A stretch of 64,000 nt of DNA from Candidatus Effluviviaceae Genus I sp. (GTDB lineage: Bacteria > Joyebacterota > Joyebacteria > Joyebacterales > Joyebacteraceae). Shown one piece after another: positions 46,989-56,467 of this stretch; within the stretch, counting starts at the first letter, position 1, and each line of letters opens with the position of its first letter. The DNA is taken from the NCBI GenBank assembly GCA_016867725.1, contig VGIX01000003.1:26866-90865 (forward strand). The letters are read 5' to 3'. The notes under the pieces were generated by a model. The model was not told where the DNA came from. It worked only from the letters and a program-made list of their open reading frames with translations, and did no database searches. The translations under genes and the position numbers were made by a program.

Positions 46989-49109
46989 CTATCGCAGCAC
47001 GGCGAACTTCCCCGTCGCGACGTCGGACGGATCGACCTGCCCCTGGCCGTACGCCTGGAGCCGGTACACGTACACGCCGCTCGCCAGGGGCGGTCCCCCC
47101 CTGTTCAGCCGCTCCCACGGCACCGCGTTCCAACCGGGGAGCACACCCTCGTTGTCCTGGTCCGACGCCGAGACGTCGCGCCGCTTGGTGTAACTCCCGA
47201 GCGTCTGGCCCGTCAGGTCGAACAGCGTGAGGGCGACCGTCCACGCCTCGCGCGTGAGCTCGTACCGGAAGGTGATCTCGTCCGCCGCGCCCGACGGATT
47301 CGGGTACGCGTAGTGGCTGGCAAGCCTGAGCGTCGCGGCCCGCACGTACAGCGTCACGGCCGCCTCGTTGTCCGTCAGCGTGAGCTCGTCCGTTCCCGGG
47401 GCGACGACTTCCACGGTCAGCACGTGCTCCCCGATGTCGCTCTCGTCCAGCTGCCACACGAACGTGTTCCGGATCACCTCCCCGCCCCCCACGACCCGCG
47501 ACACCGCAGTCTCGAAGAGGAGCGCGCCGCTCCCCGGCGCCCCGTCCCAGACCCGCACCGTCGCGCTCACGGGCTCGCTCGGCCCGAACGCGTGCACGTC
47601 CACGGTCACGGGCACCGCGTTCCCGGCCACGAGCGCAGTTCGGTTGACCGCCACGTCCTCCTGGAAGACCGCGAGGTTGATCTGCCCGTCGGGATCGGCG
47701 AACCGCGCGAGACTCCCGGCGATCGCCTTCGCGACGACCGCGAGCTGCGACGGGAACACGTTCCCGACGGTGTCGCGCACGGAGTGGTAGGAGGGGTTCC
47801 TCGTCGTCGGGTGAGCGTGCTCGATCGCGACGACGGCGTCGTACCCGGTCCTCCAGAAGCTCGCGTGGTCGCTGTAGGCGAGCGCCTCGTCGATGCGCAG
47901 GACGCTCGAACCGGCGAACGCGCCAGGGTGCTCCTCGACGGTGCCGAGGATCCAGTCCGCGAGCCACTTCGACCCCGGGTTGGTGACGATGTGGCACGTG
48001 TCGGGGTGGTCGGCGGAGCGCTTGTACGCCACCATGTCCACGTTGAGCACGCCGTAGATGGTGTCTCCCGCAGCAGCGACGGCGTCGGCGTACTGGCCGC
48101 TGCCGAGAAGCCCCAGCTCCTCCCCCGAGAACAGGGCGAAGCGGACGTCGAACGGCAGCGTCACCCCCGAGAGAGCGCGCGCTACCTCGATGGCCACCGC
48201 CACGCCCGTGGCGTTGTCGTCGGCGCCAGGCGCGGGGTTGTCGCACCACCAGTAGTAGCCGTCCCTCAGGGACCCCGAAAACGAGATGGCGTCGTAGTGG
48301 GCGCAGACGATGTAGCAGCCGCCGAGCCGGCCCGTCCCCTCAAGGACCCCGATGACGTTGTCGGCCGGGTAGGTCACGATGGGCCCTGAAGGACCCTGCT
48401 CGCACGTGTATCCCAGAATGCCGAACCGCTGCGTGTCCACGGGCGCGCCGCCCGGGAGGACCGCTTCAAGCTGCCCCTCGACGTACGGCCTGGCCTCCGT
48501 GAGGCACTCCGCGCGCCGCACGTACCGGCTGCGCGGCGCGCCGCCCGGGTACTGACTGAGGCGCTCCACGTGCGCCATGAGCGAGTCGGCCGAGATGCCG
48601 CTCATGACGTCGGCCACGAGCCCGCGCACCGCGCGGCCGTCCCGCTCCGCCGTGGTCCGCACGTGCGCGGGCGGCTCGCCGTCGAACCACCGCTCGGCCC
48701 TCACGGCCTCGGGCAGCGGGTACATCATGAAGCACGCGGCCCGCAGGCCGTCCTCCGCCCCGCCGAACGGCTCGACGAGCACGGCCCCGCGCGGCTCGCT
48801 CCACAGCGCCGTGCCGTACGGCCGCAGGACCTCGGGCCCGCCCGCCGGGTAGCAGATGTAGAGCGGCGCCCGTCCGTCGATCCCGGCCACCTCTTCGCAC
48901 GTGAGCCTGCCGCGACGGAGGTTCTCACCGAGCAGCGCGTCGCCCGCCACGAGCGCGTGGGTCGTGCCGACGAACCGGACGACCGCCCGCGCGGCGAGCG
49001 CCGTCTCCAGCGCAGCGCCGTCGTCCAGCGCAAGGTTGTACAGGGTGTCACCCGAGGCGTTGGCGGACAGAAGGAGAAGCAGCGCGACAAGCGTGAGACG
49101 GCCTGCCAT
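46989..49109 (-). CDS. Secreted M28 metallo-aminopeptidase with Ig-like and C-terminal FlgD/T9SS-like domains
   Basis: Signal peptide; AHYD, GADDNATG, SGEELGLLGS, NVDM, SDHASF, YHS; tail YPNP...GVYVYRL. Confidence 0.88.
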   Translation of the reverse strand: MAGRLTLVALLLLLSANASGDTLYNLALDDGAALETALAARAVVRFVGTTHALVAGDALLGENLRRGRLTCEEVAGIDGRAPLYICYPAGGPEVLRPYGTALWSEPRGAVLVEPFGGAEDGLRAACFMMYPLPEAVRAERWFDGEPPAHVRTTAERDGRAVRGLVADVMSGISADSLMAHVERLSQYPGGAPRSRYVRRAECLTEARPYVEGQLEAVLPGGAPVDTQRFGILGYTCEQGPSGPIVTYPADNVIGVLEGTGRLGGCYIVCAHYDAISFSGSLRDGYYWWCDNPAPGADDNATGVAVAIEVARALSGVTLPFDVRFALFSGEELGLLGSGQYADAVAAAGDTIYGVLNVDMVAYKRSADHPDTCHIVTNPGSKWLADWILGTVEEHPGAFAGSSVLRIDEALAYSDHASFWRTGYDAVVAIEHAHPTTRNPSYHSVRDTVGNVFPSQLAVVAKAIAGSLARFADPDGQINLAVFQEDVAVNRTALVAGNAVPVTVDVHAFGPSEPVSATVRVWDGAPGSGALLFETAVSRVVGGGEVIRNTFVWQLDESDIGEHVLTVEVVAPGTDELTLTDNEAAVTLYVRAATLRLASHYAYPNPSGAADEITFRYELTREAWTVALTLFDLTGQTLGSYTKRRDVSASDQDNEGVLPGWNAVPWERLNRGGPPLASGVYVYRLQAYGQGQVDPSDVATGKFAVLR

Positions 49110-49150
49110 GGTGAGCACCTCCCGCGTTCCGCACGCTCGCACTTCCGATC

Positions 49151-49177
49151 GGGGCCGGCGGCCTCGCCGCCGGCCCC
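49151..49177 (-). other. GC hairpin 3' of tRNA-Arg (terminator or processing stem)
   Basis: GGGGCCGGCGG-CCTCG-CCGCCGGCCCC; no U tract. Confidence 0.4.
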
Positions 49178-49183
49178 CTCGCC

Positions 49184-49260
49184 TGGCGCGCCCGGAGGGA
49201 CTTGAACCCCCGACACCTGGAACCGGAGTCCAGTGCTCTATCCAACTGAGCTACGGGCGC
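49184..49260 (-). tRNA. tRNA-Arg(CCG)
   Basis: - strand GCGCCCG acceptor, anticodon arm CTGGA-CTCCGGT-TCCAG, GGTTCAAGTCC, encoded CCA. Confidence 0.95.
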
Positions 49261-50374
49261 TGTCTGCGATCTCGATGAGCTGGTAGTTCCGCGTGCCGAG
49301 CCCCAGCTCCTCGGCATGGCGTAGCTGCTCGGTCGGGTCCACCTCGGCGTGGAGGTCGCGGAACTTGTCCCCCCCACGGCGGTAGTTCTGGGAGATGTCG
49401 CTCCCCCTGGCCACGGGCGCCTCGTTCACCAGGTCGTAGCACGCCTGGTCGGCGGCGACCGGATCCAGCGACGCGATCACGCCGATGTCCGGAACGATGG
49501 GCGCCTTCGCCGCGCCGTAGCAGTCGCAGAGCGGGTGCACGTCGGTGATGAAGTTGACGTACCCGATCCGCCCCGGCTTCGTGGCGGCGATCGCCGCGAG
49601 GTATTCTACCATCTTCCTCTGGAACACGTCAGCGGATTCGTTCCAGTGGATGCTCACCGCCCGTTGGGGACAGACGACGATGCACTCGGCGCAGCCGATG
49701 CACTTCTCGGGGTCGATCGTCGCCTTCTCCCCCACCGTGATGGCGTCGGCCGGACACCACGCGACGCACGTCCCGCAAGCGACGCAGCTTGGCCGCACGA
49801 ACGGTCTGGTCGTGGAGTGCTGGTCCAGCTTGCCGGCGCGCGACGCCCCGCCCATCCCCAGGTTCTTGATGGCCCCGCCGAACCCGGAGACCTCGTGTCC
49901 CTTGAAGTGCGCAACGGACAGGATGGCGTCCGCCTTCACGAGGTCGGCGCCGAACGGCGCCTCGGTGACGTGCCGGCCGCGGGCCGGCAGGCGGATCTCC
50001 GAGGTGCCGTGGAGGCCGTCCGCGACGACGACCGGCGCCCCGACCGCGGCGTACGTGAACCCGTGCTCGGCCGCCGTCCGGAGGTGCGTCACCGAGTCGC
50101 TCCTGGTCCCCCGATAGAGCGTGTTGCAGTCGGTGAGGAAGGGCCTCGCGCCCTGCTTGAGCAACCACGCGACGATCCGCCGCACGAAGCGCGGCCTGAC
50201 GTGGCCGGTCTCGTTGCTCTCACCGAAGTGCAGCTTGACGGCGACGGTGTCGTTCGCCCGGACGACGCCGGCCATCCCGCTCGACTCGAGCAGGAGGTCG
50301 AGCCGGGCGGCGATGTCGTCGCCGCCTGCCTCCCCGACCCGCAGCAGATACACGGGGCTCTTCGCGCCGCTCAC
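49238..50374 (-). CDS. DUF362-domain protein with 2x[4Fe-4S] ferredoxin insert
   Basis: VKLHFGE, TDCNTLY.G.R, HFKGH, KNLGMG, CVACGTC...CP and CIGCAEC...CP, DPVAADQA. Confidence 0.9.
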   Translation of the reverse strand: MSGAKSPVYLLRVGEAGGDDIAARLDLLLESSGMAGVVRANDTVAVKLHFGESNETGHVRPRFVRRIVAWLLKQGARPFLTDCNTLYRGTRSDSVTHLRTAAEHGFTYAAVGAPVVVADGLHGTSEIRLPARGRHVTEAPFGADLVKADAILSVAHFKGHEVSGFGGAIKNLGMGGASRAGKLDQHSTTRPFVRPSCVACGTCVAWCPADAITVGEKATIDPEKCIGCAECIVVCPQRAVSIHWNESADVFQRKMVEYLAAIAATKPGRIGYVNFITDVHPLCDCYGAAKAPIVPDIGVIASLDPVAADQACYDLVNEAPVARGSDISQNYRRGGDKFRDLHAEVDPTEQLRHAEELGLGTRNYQLIEIADSARSSVG

Positions 50375-51240
50375 CGCTCCACCACCCTCCCCGACCAGCG
50401 CAGCTTCCGCCCGAGGATCTCGTAGTAGGAGTGTCGCCCGATCTCGATGAGACGCGCGCTCCGCTCCGCCCTCCGCACGACGATCGCGTCGCCCGTCTCC
50501 ATGCCGCACAGGCGGTCGCCGTCCACGCTCACGACCGCCTCGCCGTCGGACGACAGCATGCGCACCTCGACGGAGGCGGTCGGCGGCAGGACGCAGGCGC
50601 GGATGCTGAGCGAGTGCGGGCAGATCGGGGTGACGACGATGGCCTCGACTCCGGGCATCACGACGGGCCCGCCCGCCGAGAGCGCGTACGCCGTCGAGCC
50701 CGTGGGCGTGGAGAGGATGATGCCGTCCGCCGCGAAGCGCGTGATGAGGTCCCCGTCCACGCGGGCCTCGAACGAGAGCATGCGGGACGCGGCGCCGTTG
50801 CGGACGACGAAGTCGTTGAGCGCCACGGCCGACCCGCCCGTGCGTTCCACCGCGCCCGCGAGCATCATGCGGGGGCGGGCGACGAGCGCCCCGGCCCGCG
50901 CGTCCGCCAGCACGGCCGGCAGCTCGTCCGCGCCGACCTGCGTCAGGAACCCGAGGCTGCCGAGGTTCACGCCGAAGACCGGGACCTCACGGCCCGTGCG
51001 CGCGATCGCCCGCACCGCCGCGAGCAGCGTCCCGTCGCCCCCCAGCGCGAACACGAGGTCGGACTCGGCCGCCACCCGGTCCACGGGCGCGCCCTCCGCG
51101 GCCCGGCCGCGAAGCGCCGCGACGAGGTCCTCCTGCACGAGCGCCGTGAGGCCCTGCGCGCCGCACCAGTCGAGGACCGCGTCCATGGCGGCGCCCAGAC
51201 CCCCCTTGCGGGGGTTGCCGATGATCCCCACCGTCTTCAT
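50371..51240 (-). CDS. nadK: NAD kinase
   Basis: LGGDGTLL, GVNLGSLGFL, DGIILSTPTGSTAYALSAGGP. Confidence 0.95.
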   Translation of the reverse strand: MKTVGIIGNPRKGGLGAAMDAVLDWCGAQGLTALVQEDLVAALRGRAAEGAPVDRVAAESDLVFALGGDGTLLAAVRAIARTGREVPVFGVNLGSLGFLTQVGADELPAVLADARAGALVARPRMMLAGAVERTGGSAVALNDFVVRNGAASRMLSFEARVDGDLITRFAADGIILSTPTGSTAYALSAGGPVVMPGVEAIVVTPICPHSLSIRACVLPPTASVEVRMLSSDGEAVVSVDGDRLCGMETGDAIVVRRAERSARLIEIGRHSYYEILGRKLRWSGRVVER

Positions 51241-53138
51241 CGCTCCGCGCCTCCCCGGCCTCCGCCCGCGATGAGACCGCGGGCCGCCGCCGCCACGCCG
51301 TGCGCCGTGAGGCCGCACCGCTCGAGCAACCGCTCGCGCGTCGCGTGCGTCACGAACTCGTCCGGAAGCCCCATGAGGCGAACCGGGACACCGTGGAGCC
51401 CCGACGACTGCAGGAGCTCGAGGACCGCCGCGCCGAACCCTCCGCTCGTCACGTTCTCCTCGATCGTGACGATCCGCCCGGTCGTCCGCGCCTCCTCCTC
51501 GATCACATCGCCGTCCAGCGGCTTGACGAACCGCGCGTTCACGACCGATGCGCCCACGCCCTCGGCCGCGAGGTCCTCCGCCGCCCTGGACGCGACGCCC
51601 ACCATGGGCCCCACGGCGATGAGCGAGACGTCGCCGCCCTCGCGCAGCCGCTCGGCCTTGCCCAGGGGCACGGCGACCGGCTCGAAGTCCATGCGGACGC
51701 CGAGGCCCGCGCCGCGAGGGTACCGCACCGCGATCGGCCCCTCGTCGTGCTCGACGGCCGTCCGGACCATCGCCGCGAGCTCGTTCTCGTCCTTCGGCGC
51801 CATGACGACGAGGTTCGGCACGGCGCGCAGGAACGAGAGGTCGAACGCCCCGTGATGCGTCGGGCCGTCGTCCCCCACGAGCCCGCCGCGGTCGATGAGG
51901 AATCGCACCGGCAGCCTCTGCAGGCAGACGTCGTGGACGATCTGGTCGTAGGCGCGCTGGAGGAACGTCGAGTAGACGGCCACGACGGGCTTCATGCCCG
52001 CCGCGGCGAGGCCCGCCGCGAAGGTCACGGCGTGCTGCTCGGCGATGCCCACGTCGAAGAAGCGGTCGGGGAAGCGCTTCGCGAAGTGCGAGAGCCCCGT
52101 CCCGTCCGGCATCGCCGCCGTGATGGCCACGATCCTGTCGTCCTTCTCTGCGAGCGACACGAGCGTGCGTCCGAACGCCTCGGTGTAGGAGATGGCCGTC
52201 GGCATGGACGTCGTCGTTCCGGTCGCCTTGTCGAACGACCCGACCCCGTGAAACCTGGGAGCGTCGTCCTCCGCGGGCTGGTAGCCCTTCCCCTTGACCG
52301 TGATGACGTGGACGAGGAGCGGGCCCGCCATGAGCCTGAGGCGCTCGAACGACTCGACGAGGGTCTCGACGTTGTGCCCGTCGAGCGGACCGAAGTACTT
52401 GAATCCCAGCTCCTCGAAGAGGACGCCCGGCACGAGGAGTCCGCGAATCCCCTCGAGGGTCCGGCTCGCGAGCTCGCGGGCCCGCGAGCCCACGCCCGGG
52501 ACCCTGCCGAGGATGTCCCAGACCTCGGCCTCGAGCCTGTGGTAGGTCGGCGCGGACCGCAGCCGCGTGAGGTACTGCGAGAGCGCCCCCACGTTCTTGG
52601 AGATGGACATCCTGTTGTCGTTCACGACGACGATGAGGTTCTTCTTCAGATGGCCGGCCTGGTTGAGTCCCTCGAGGGCAAGGCCGGCGGTGAGCGCCCC
52701 GTCGCCGATCACGGCGATCACGCGGCCCTCGCGGGCGAGGAAGTCGCGCCCGCAGACGATGCCGAGGGCCGCCGAGATGGACGTCGAGGAATGGCCGGTG
52801 TTGAACGCGTCGTGCGGGCTCTCCTCGCGCCTGGGGAAGCCCGCGATGCCCCCCTCCTGCCGAAGCGTCTCGAACGAGTCGCGCCGTCCCGTGATGAGCT
52901 TGTGCGCGTAGCTCTGATGTCCGACGTCCCAGAGAATGCTGTCGCGGGGCGAGTCGAAGACGTAGTGCAGGGCCAGCGTGAGCTCGACGACCCCGAGGCT
53001 GGGCGCGAGGTGCCCGCCGTTGCGCGAGACCACGCGGATGATCTCCTGACGGACCTCCTCGCCGAGCGGAACGAGGTCCCTCGGGCTCAGCGCCCGGAGG
53101 TCCTGAGGCGAGTTGATGCCGTCGAGGATCCGTGCCAC
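51237..53138 (-). CDS. dxs: 1-deoxy-D-xylulose-5-phosphate synthase
   Basis: GGHLAPSLG, WDVGHQSY, GDGALTAG, DVGIAEQH, YSTFLQRAYDQ, DGPTH. Confidence 0.97.
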   Translation of the reverse strand: MARILDGINSPQDLRALSPRDLVPLGEEVRQEIIRVVSRNGGHLAPSLGVVELTLALHYVFDSPRDSILWDVGHQSYAHKLITGRRDSFETLRQEGGIAGFPRREESPHDAFNTGHSSTSISAALGIVCGRDFLAREGRVIAVIGDGALTAGLALEGLNQAGHLKKNLIVVVNDNRMSISKNVGALSQYLTRLRSAPTYHRLEAEVWDILGRVPGVGSRARELASRTLEGIRGLLVPGVLFEELGFKYFGPLDGHNVETLVESFERLRLMAGPLLVHVITVKGKGYQPAEDDAPRFHGVGSFDKATGTTTSMPTAISYTEAFGRTLVSLAEKDDRIVAITAAMPDGTGLSHFAKRFPDRFFDVGIAEQHAVTFAAGLAAAGMKPVVAVYSTFLQRAYDQIVHDVCLQRLPVRFLIDRGGLVGDDGPTHHGAFDLSFLRAVPNLVVMAPKDENELAAMVRTAVEHDEGPIAVRYPRGAGLGVRMDFEPVAVPLGKAERLREGGDVSLIAVGPMVGVASRAAEDLAAEGVGASVVNARFVKPLDGDVIEEEARTTGRIVTIEENVTSGGFGAAVLELLQSSGLHGVPVRLMGLPDEFVTHATRERLLERCGLTAHGVAAAARGLIAGGGRGGAER

Positions 53139-53185
53139 GCCGCTTCCGCCTTTCGCGCAGGCCGAACGCCGCCCGTCCCGCGCCC

Positions 53186-54082
53186 TCAGCGCCTGCGCTC
53201 GACGATGTACCGGGCGATCTCCGTGAGAGGCCTCGCGGTCGCTCCGAACCGGTCCAGCGCCGCCACGGCCTGGTCGGCGAGTCTCCGGGCCTCCCGCTCG
53301 GCCGCCTCGGCGCCCACGACGCCGGGATACGTGAGCTTCCCGCGGGCCACGTCCTTCCGGACGGCCTTCCCCATCTCGTCGGCGCTGCCCGTCACGTCGA
53401 GCAGATCGTCCCTGATCTGGAACGCGAGGCCGGCGGCCCGCCCGTAGGCCGTGAGCGCCGCGACGTCGTCGGCGCCCGCGCCCGCCGCGAGCGCGCCGAC
53501 GCGCACCGACGCCGCGAGGGGCAGCGCCGTCTTGCGGGTGTGGATCAGCGTGATGGAGGCGAGGTCCGGGGGCGCGCCCTCCATCGCAATGTCGGCCGCC
53601 TGCCCGCCGACCATCCCGCGGCTCCCGTTCGCCTCGGCCAGCTCGCGGATCACCGCGACTTTCCTCTCGGGCGCAAGGCGCTCGTCACCCGCCACGACCT
53701 CGAACGCGAGGGTGAGCAGCGCGTCGCCCGCGAGGATGGCGAGCGCTTCCCCGAAGACGCGGTGGCTCGTCGGCCTCCCGCGTCGCTCGTCGTCGTCGTC
53801 CATCGCCGGCAGGTCGTCATGAATGAGCGAGTACGTGTGGATGAGCTCGAGCGCGCAGGCTGGGACGAGGACGCCGTCGTCGGCGCCGCCCACGAGCTCG
53901 AACGCCGACAGCGCGAGGATCGGCCGCAGGCGCTTGCCGCCCGAGAACACGCTGTATCGCATGGCCTCGTGGAGACGGTCCTCCGAGGACGCCCCGGCCC
54001 CTCCCGCGGACGGCAGACAGCGGTCGAGGGCCTCCTCGACGAGCGCGCGCCTGGCATCCAGGTACTCAGTGAGGAACGACAC
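53186..54082 (-). CDS. ispA: Farnesyl/geranylgeranyl diphosphate synthase
   Basis: GGKRLRP, HDDLPAMDDDDERRG, GQAAD, FQIRDDLLD; xseB-ispA-dxs synteny. Confidence 0.93.
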   Translation of the reverse strand: MSFLTEYLDARRALVEEALDRCLPSAGGAGASSEDRLHEAMRYSVFSGGKRLRPILALSAFELVGGADDGVLVPACALELIHTYSLIHDDLPAMDDDDERRGRPTSHRVFGEALAILAGDALLTLAFEVVAGDERLAPERKVAVIRELAEANGSRGMVGGQAADIAMEGAPPDLASITLIHTRKTALPLAASVRVGALAAGAGADDVAALTAYGRAAGLAFQIRDDLLDVTGSADEMGKAVRKDVARGKLTYPGVVGAEAAEREARRLADQAVAALDRFGATARPLTEIARYIVERRR

Positions 54083-54086
54083 GCGG

Positions 54087-54329
54087 TCAGTCCCCCTCGG
54101 GCGGCTCGCCCTCGAAGTCCTCGAGCCCGAGCTCGCCCTGCACGCCCCTGACGAGCCGCTGCACGCGCTCCTCGGCCTTGGCCAGCGCCTTCGACAGAGA
54201 CTCGGCGAGCTTCATGCCGTCCTCGAACGCCCTGAGCGACTCGTCGAGGCCGAGCTCGTTCCGCTCGAGCCGCGCGACGATCTCCTCGAGCTTCGCCATG
54301 TCGTCCTCGAACGTCGGCTTCTTGCTCAC
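54087..54329 (-). CDS. xseB: Exodeoxyribonuclease VII small subunit
   Basis: TFEDDMAKLEEIVARLE...LDESLRAFEDGMKL. Confidence 0.93.
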   Translation of the reverse strand: MSKKPTFEDDMAKLEEIVARLERNELGLDESLRAFEDGMKLAESLSKALAKAEERVQRLVRGVQGELGLEDFEGEPPEGD

Positions 54330-55573
54330 GCAGCCCTCTCCTTCCCGCCGCGAACGGAGTTCACCGTGCAGTCGAACGCGCCGTCCGCGACCGTCACCCT
54401 GACCTGCGACCCCGGCGCAACGTCCGCGGCCGAGGTCACCGCCGACAGGACCGGCAGGAGCGCGACGGACGCGAACCCCCTCGCCAGGACCTTCGCGGGG
54501 TCGGCGAGGGCGAGCTCCGCGGCGTAGCGCTCGACGCGCGCCCGCCGGAGCGCGAGCGCGGTCCTCGCGGCCGCCGCGGCCCGCCCGCCCAGCTCGTCCA
54601 CGCGCTGGGACAGGCGCTCGATCTGATCGAGCGGGATCCGGAGCCCGTAGGCCCCGCGAAGGGCCGCGGCGCGCTCCGCGTGTCGGCGGAGCCGGGAGCG
54701 CACCGCGCGCTCGACCCGCCCGGCGGAGACCAGGATCGAGCGCAGGAGGGCGCGACGGTCCGGGACCGCGATCTCCGCGGCGTTCGACGGCGTCGCCGCG
54801 CGGACGTCCGCCACGAAGTCCGCGATCGTGAAGTCCACCTCGTGACCCACGGCCGAGATGACCGGCGTGCGCATCGCGTGGATCGCGCGCGCGACGCGTT
54901 CGTCGTTGAACGCCCACAGGTCTTCGAGGGAGCCTCCGCCACGCCCGACGATGCAGACATCGGCGCCGCCCCACTCGTCCACCATGCCGAGCGCCGCGAC
55001 GATCGCCGGCGCCGCCTCGGCGCCCTGGACGGGCACGGGCACGACGACGATGCGCACGGAGGGCATCCGCGCGCGCGCGACGCGGATGACGTCGCGCACG
55101 GCCGCGCCCGTCGGCGAGGTGACCACCGCGACCGTCCTCGGGAAGCGCGGCGCGGGGACCTTGCCGGCCTTGTCGAAGAGCCCCTCGGCCTCGAGCTTCC
55201 GCTTGAGCGCCTCGAACGCGGCAGCGAGCTCCCCGATGCCCGCGGGGCGCATCCGCTCGACGTAGAGCTGGTATCTGCCGGACGGCTCGTAGACGCCGAC
55301 GCGCCCGAACGCAAGCACCTTCATGCCGCTCTGCGGCGCGAAGGCGAGCTTCGCGTTCGCCTGCCGGAACATCACCGCCGGGAGCTGGCTCTTCTCGTCC
55401 TTGAGCGTGAAGTACATGTGGCCGGAGCTGTGGCGGTTGAAGTTCGAGATCTCGCCCTCGACCCAGACCGAGGGAAGCGACTCCTCGAGGATGTGCTTGA
55501 CCGCCGCCGTCACCTCGCTGACGGTGTACGTGCGTTCCGCCGGCCGCGACTCGTCGCCCCGCGAAGGTGTCAT
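54326..55573 (-). CDS. xseA: Exodeoxyribonuclease VII large subunit
   Basis: VWVEGEISN, SGHMYFTLKD, RGGGSLEDLWAFN, SAVGHEVD, ATPSNAAE. Confidence 0.96.
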   Translation of the reverse strand: MTPSRGDESRPAERTYTVSEVTAAVKHILEESLPSVWVEGEISNFNRHSSGHMYFTLKDEKSQLPAVMFRQANAKLAFAPQSGMKVLAFGRVGVYEPSGRYQLYVERMRPAGIGELAAAFEALKRKLEAEGLFDKAGKVPAPRFPRTVAVVTSPTGAAVRDVIRVARARMPSVRIVVVPVPVQGAEAAPAIVAALGMVDEWGGADVCIVGRGGGSLEDLWAFNDERVARAIHAMRTPVISAVGHEVDFTIADFVADVRAATPSNAAEIAVPDRRALLRSILVSAGRVERAVRSRLRRHAERAAALRGAYGLRIPLDQIERLSQRVDELGGRAAAAARTALALRRARVERYAAELALADPAKVLARGFASVALLPVLSAVTSAADVAPGSQVRVTVADGAFDCTVNSVRGGKERAA

Positions 55574-56454
55574 CGCTCCCGCGCCCTCGCCTCCGCCGCC
55601 CGCACGGTGTTCCTGAGGAGGATCGCCGTCGTGAGCGCCCCGACGCCGCCGGGGACCGGCGTCGCCACCGCCGCGCGCCCGAGCACCTCCTGGAACGCGA
55701 CGTCGCCCACGACGCGGAAGCCCTTCTCGGCGGTCGCGTCCTCGACGCGGTTCACGCCGACGTCCACGACGACGGCGCCCTCGCGGACCATGTCCCCGCG
55801 GATCGCCTCGGGCCGGCCCATCGCTGCCACGAGGACGTCCGCCCTGAGCGTGTGCGTCGCGAGGTCGCGCGTGCCGGTGTGACAGACCGTCACCGTCGCG
55901 TTGCCGCGGTCGCCCTTCCGGAGCAGCAGCAGCGCGAGCGGGCGCCCCACGACGGCGCTCCGGCCGACGACGACCACGTGCGCGCCCTCGATGGGCACCG
56001 CGGCGGCCGCCAGCGCCTCGACCACGGCAAGCGCCGTGCAGGGCGCGAAGACCTCGGCGCCCCTCGCAAGGAGGCCGAGGCTCCCCGCCGCCGCGCAGTC
56101 GACGTCTTTGGCGGCCGGGACGGCGTCCACGACGGAGGGGTCCACGCCGCGCGGAAGCGGCTGCTGCACGATGATGCCGTGGACGAGCGGGTCGCCTGCG
56201 AGCGCCGCGAGCGCCCGGGCGGCGCCGTCGGTCCCGGCGCCCGCGGGGAGCCGCACGACGCGCACGTCGATGCCCGCGCCGCCCCCGGCCCGCTCGATGC
56301 TCGCCGAGTAGATCGCCGAGGCCGGGTCGTCGCCGACGCACACGACGGCGAGACAAGGCTGCACGCCGCGGCCCGCGAGCGCGGCCGCGCGCCGTCCGAC
56401 CTCCTCCACGATCCCCGCCGCGATCGGCCTGCCCTTGAGAACCCTCGTCTCCAC
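55570..56454 (-). CDS. folD: Methylene-THF dehydrogenase FolD (possibly monofunctional)
   Basis: KDVD, GRSAVVGRP, NATVTVCH, DVGVNR, TPVPGGVG; YxxxK lysine absent. Confidence 0.92.
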   Translation of the reverse strand: METRVLKGRPIAAGIVEEVGRRAAALAGRGVQPCLAVVCVGDDPASAIYSASIERAGGGAGIDVRVVRLPAGAGTDGAARALAALAGDPLVHGIIVQQPLPRGVDPSVVDAVPAAKDVDCAAAGSLGLLARGAEVFAPCTALAVVEALAAAAVPIEGAHVVVVGRSAVVGRPLALLLLRKGDRGNATVTVCHTGTRDLATHTLRADVLVAAMGRPEAIRGDMVREGAVVVDVGVNRVEDATAEKGFRVVGDVAFQEVLGRAAVATPVPGGVGALTTAILLRNTVRAAEARARER

Positions 56455-56467
56455 GATGGCCCCCCGC

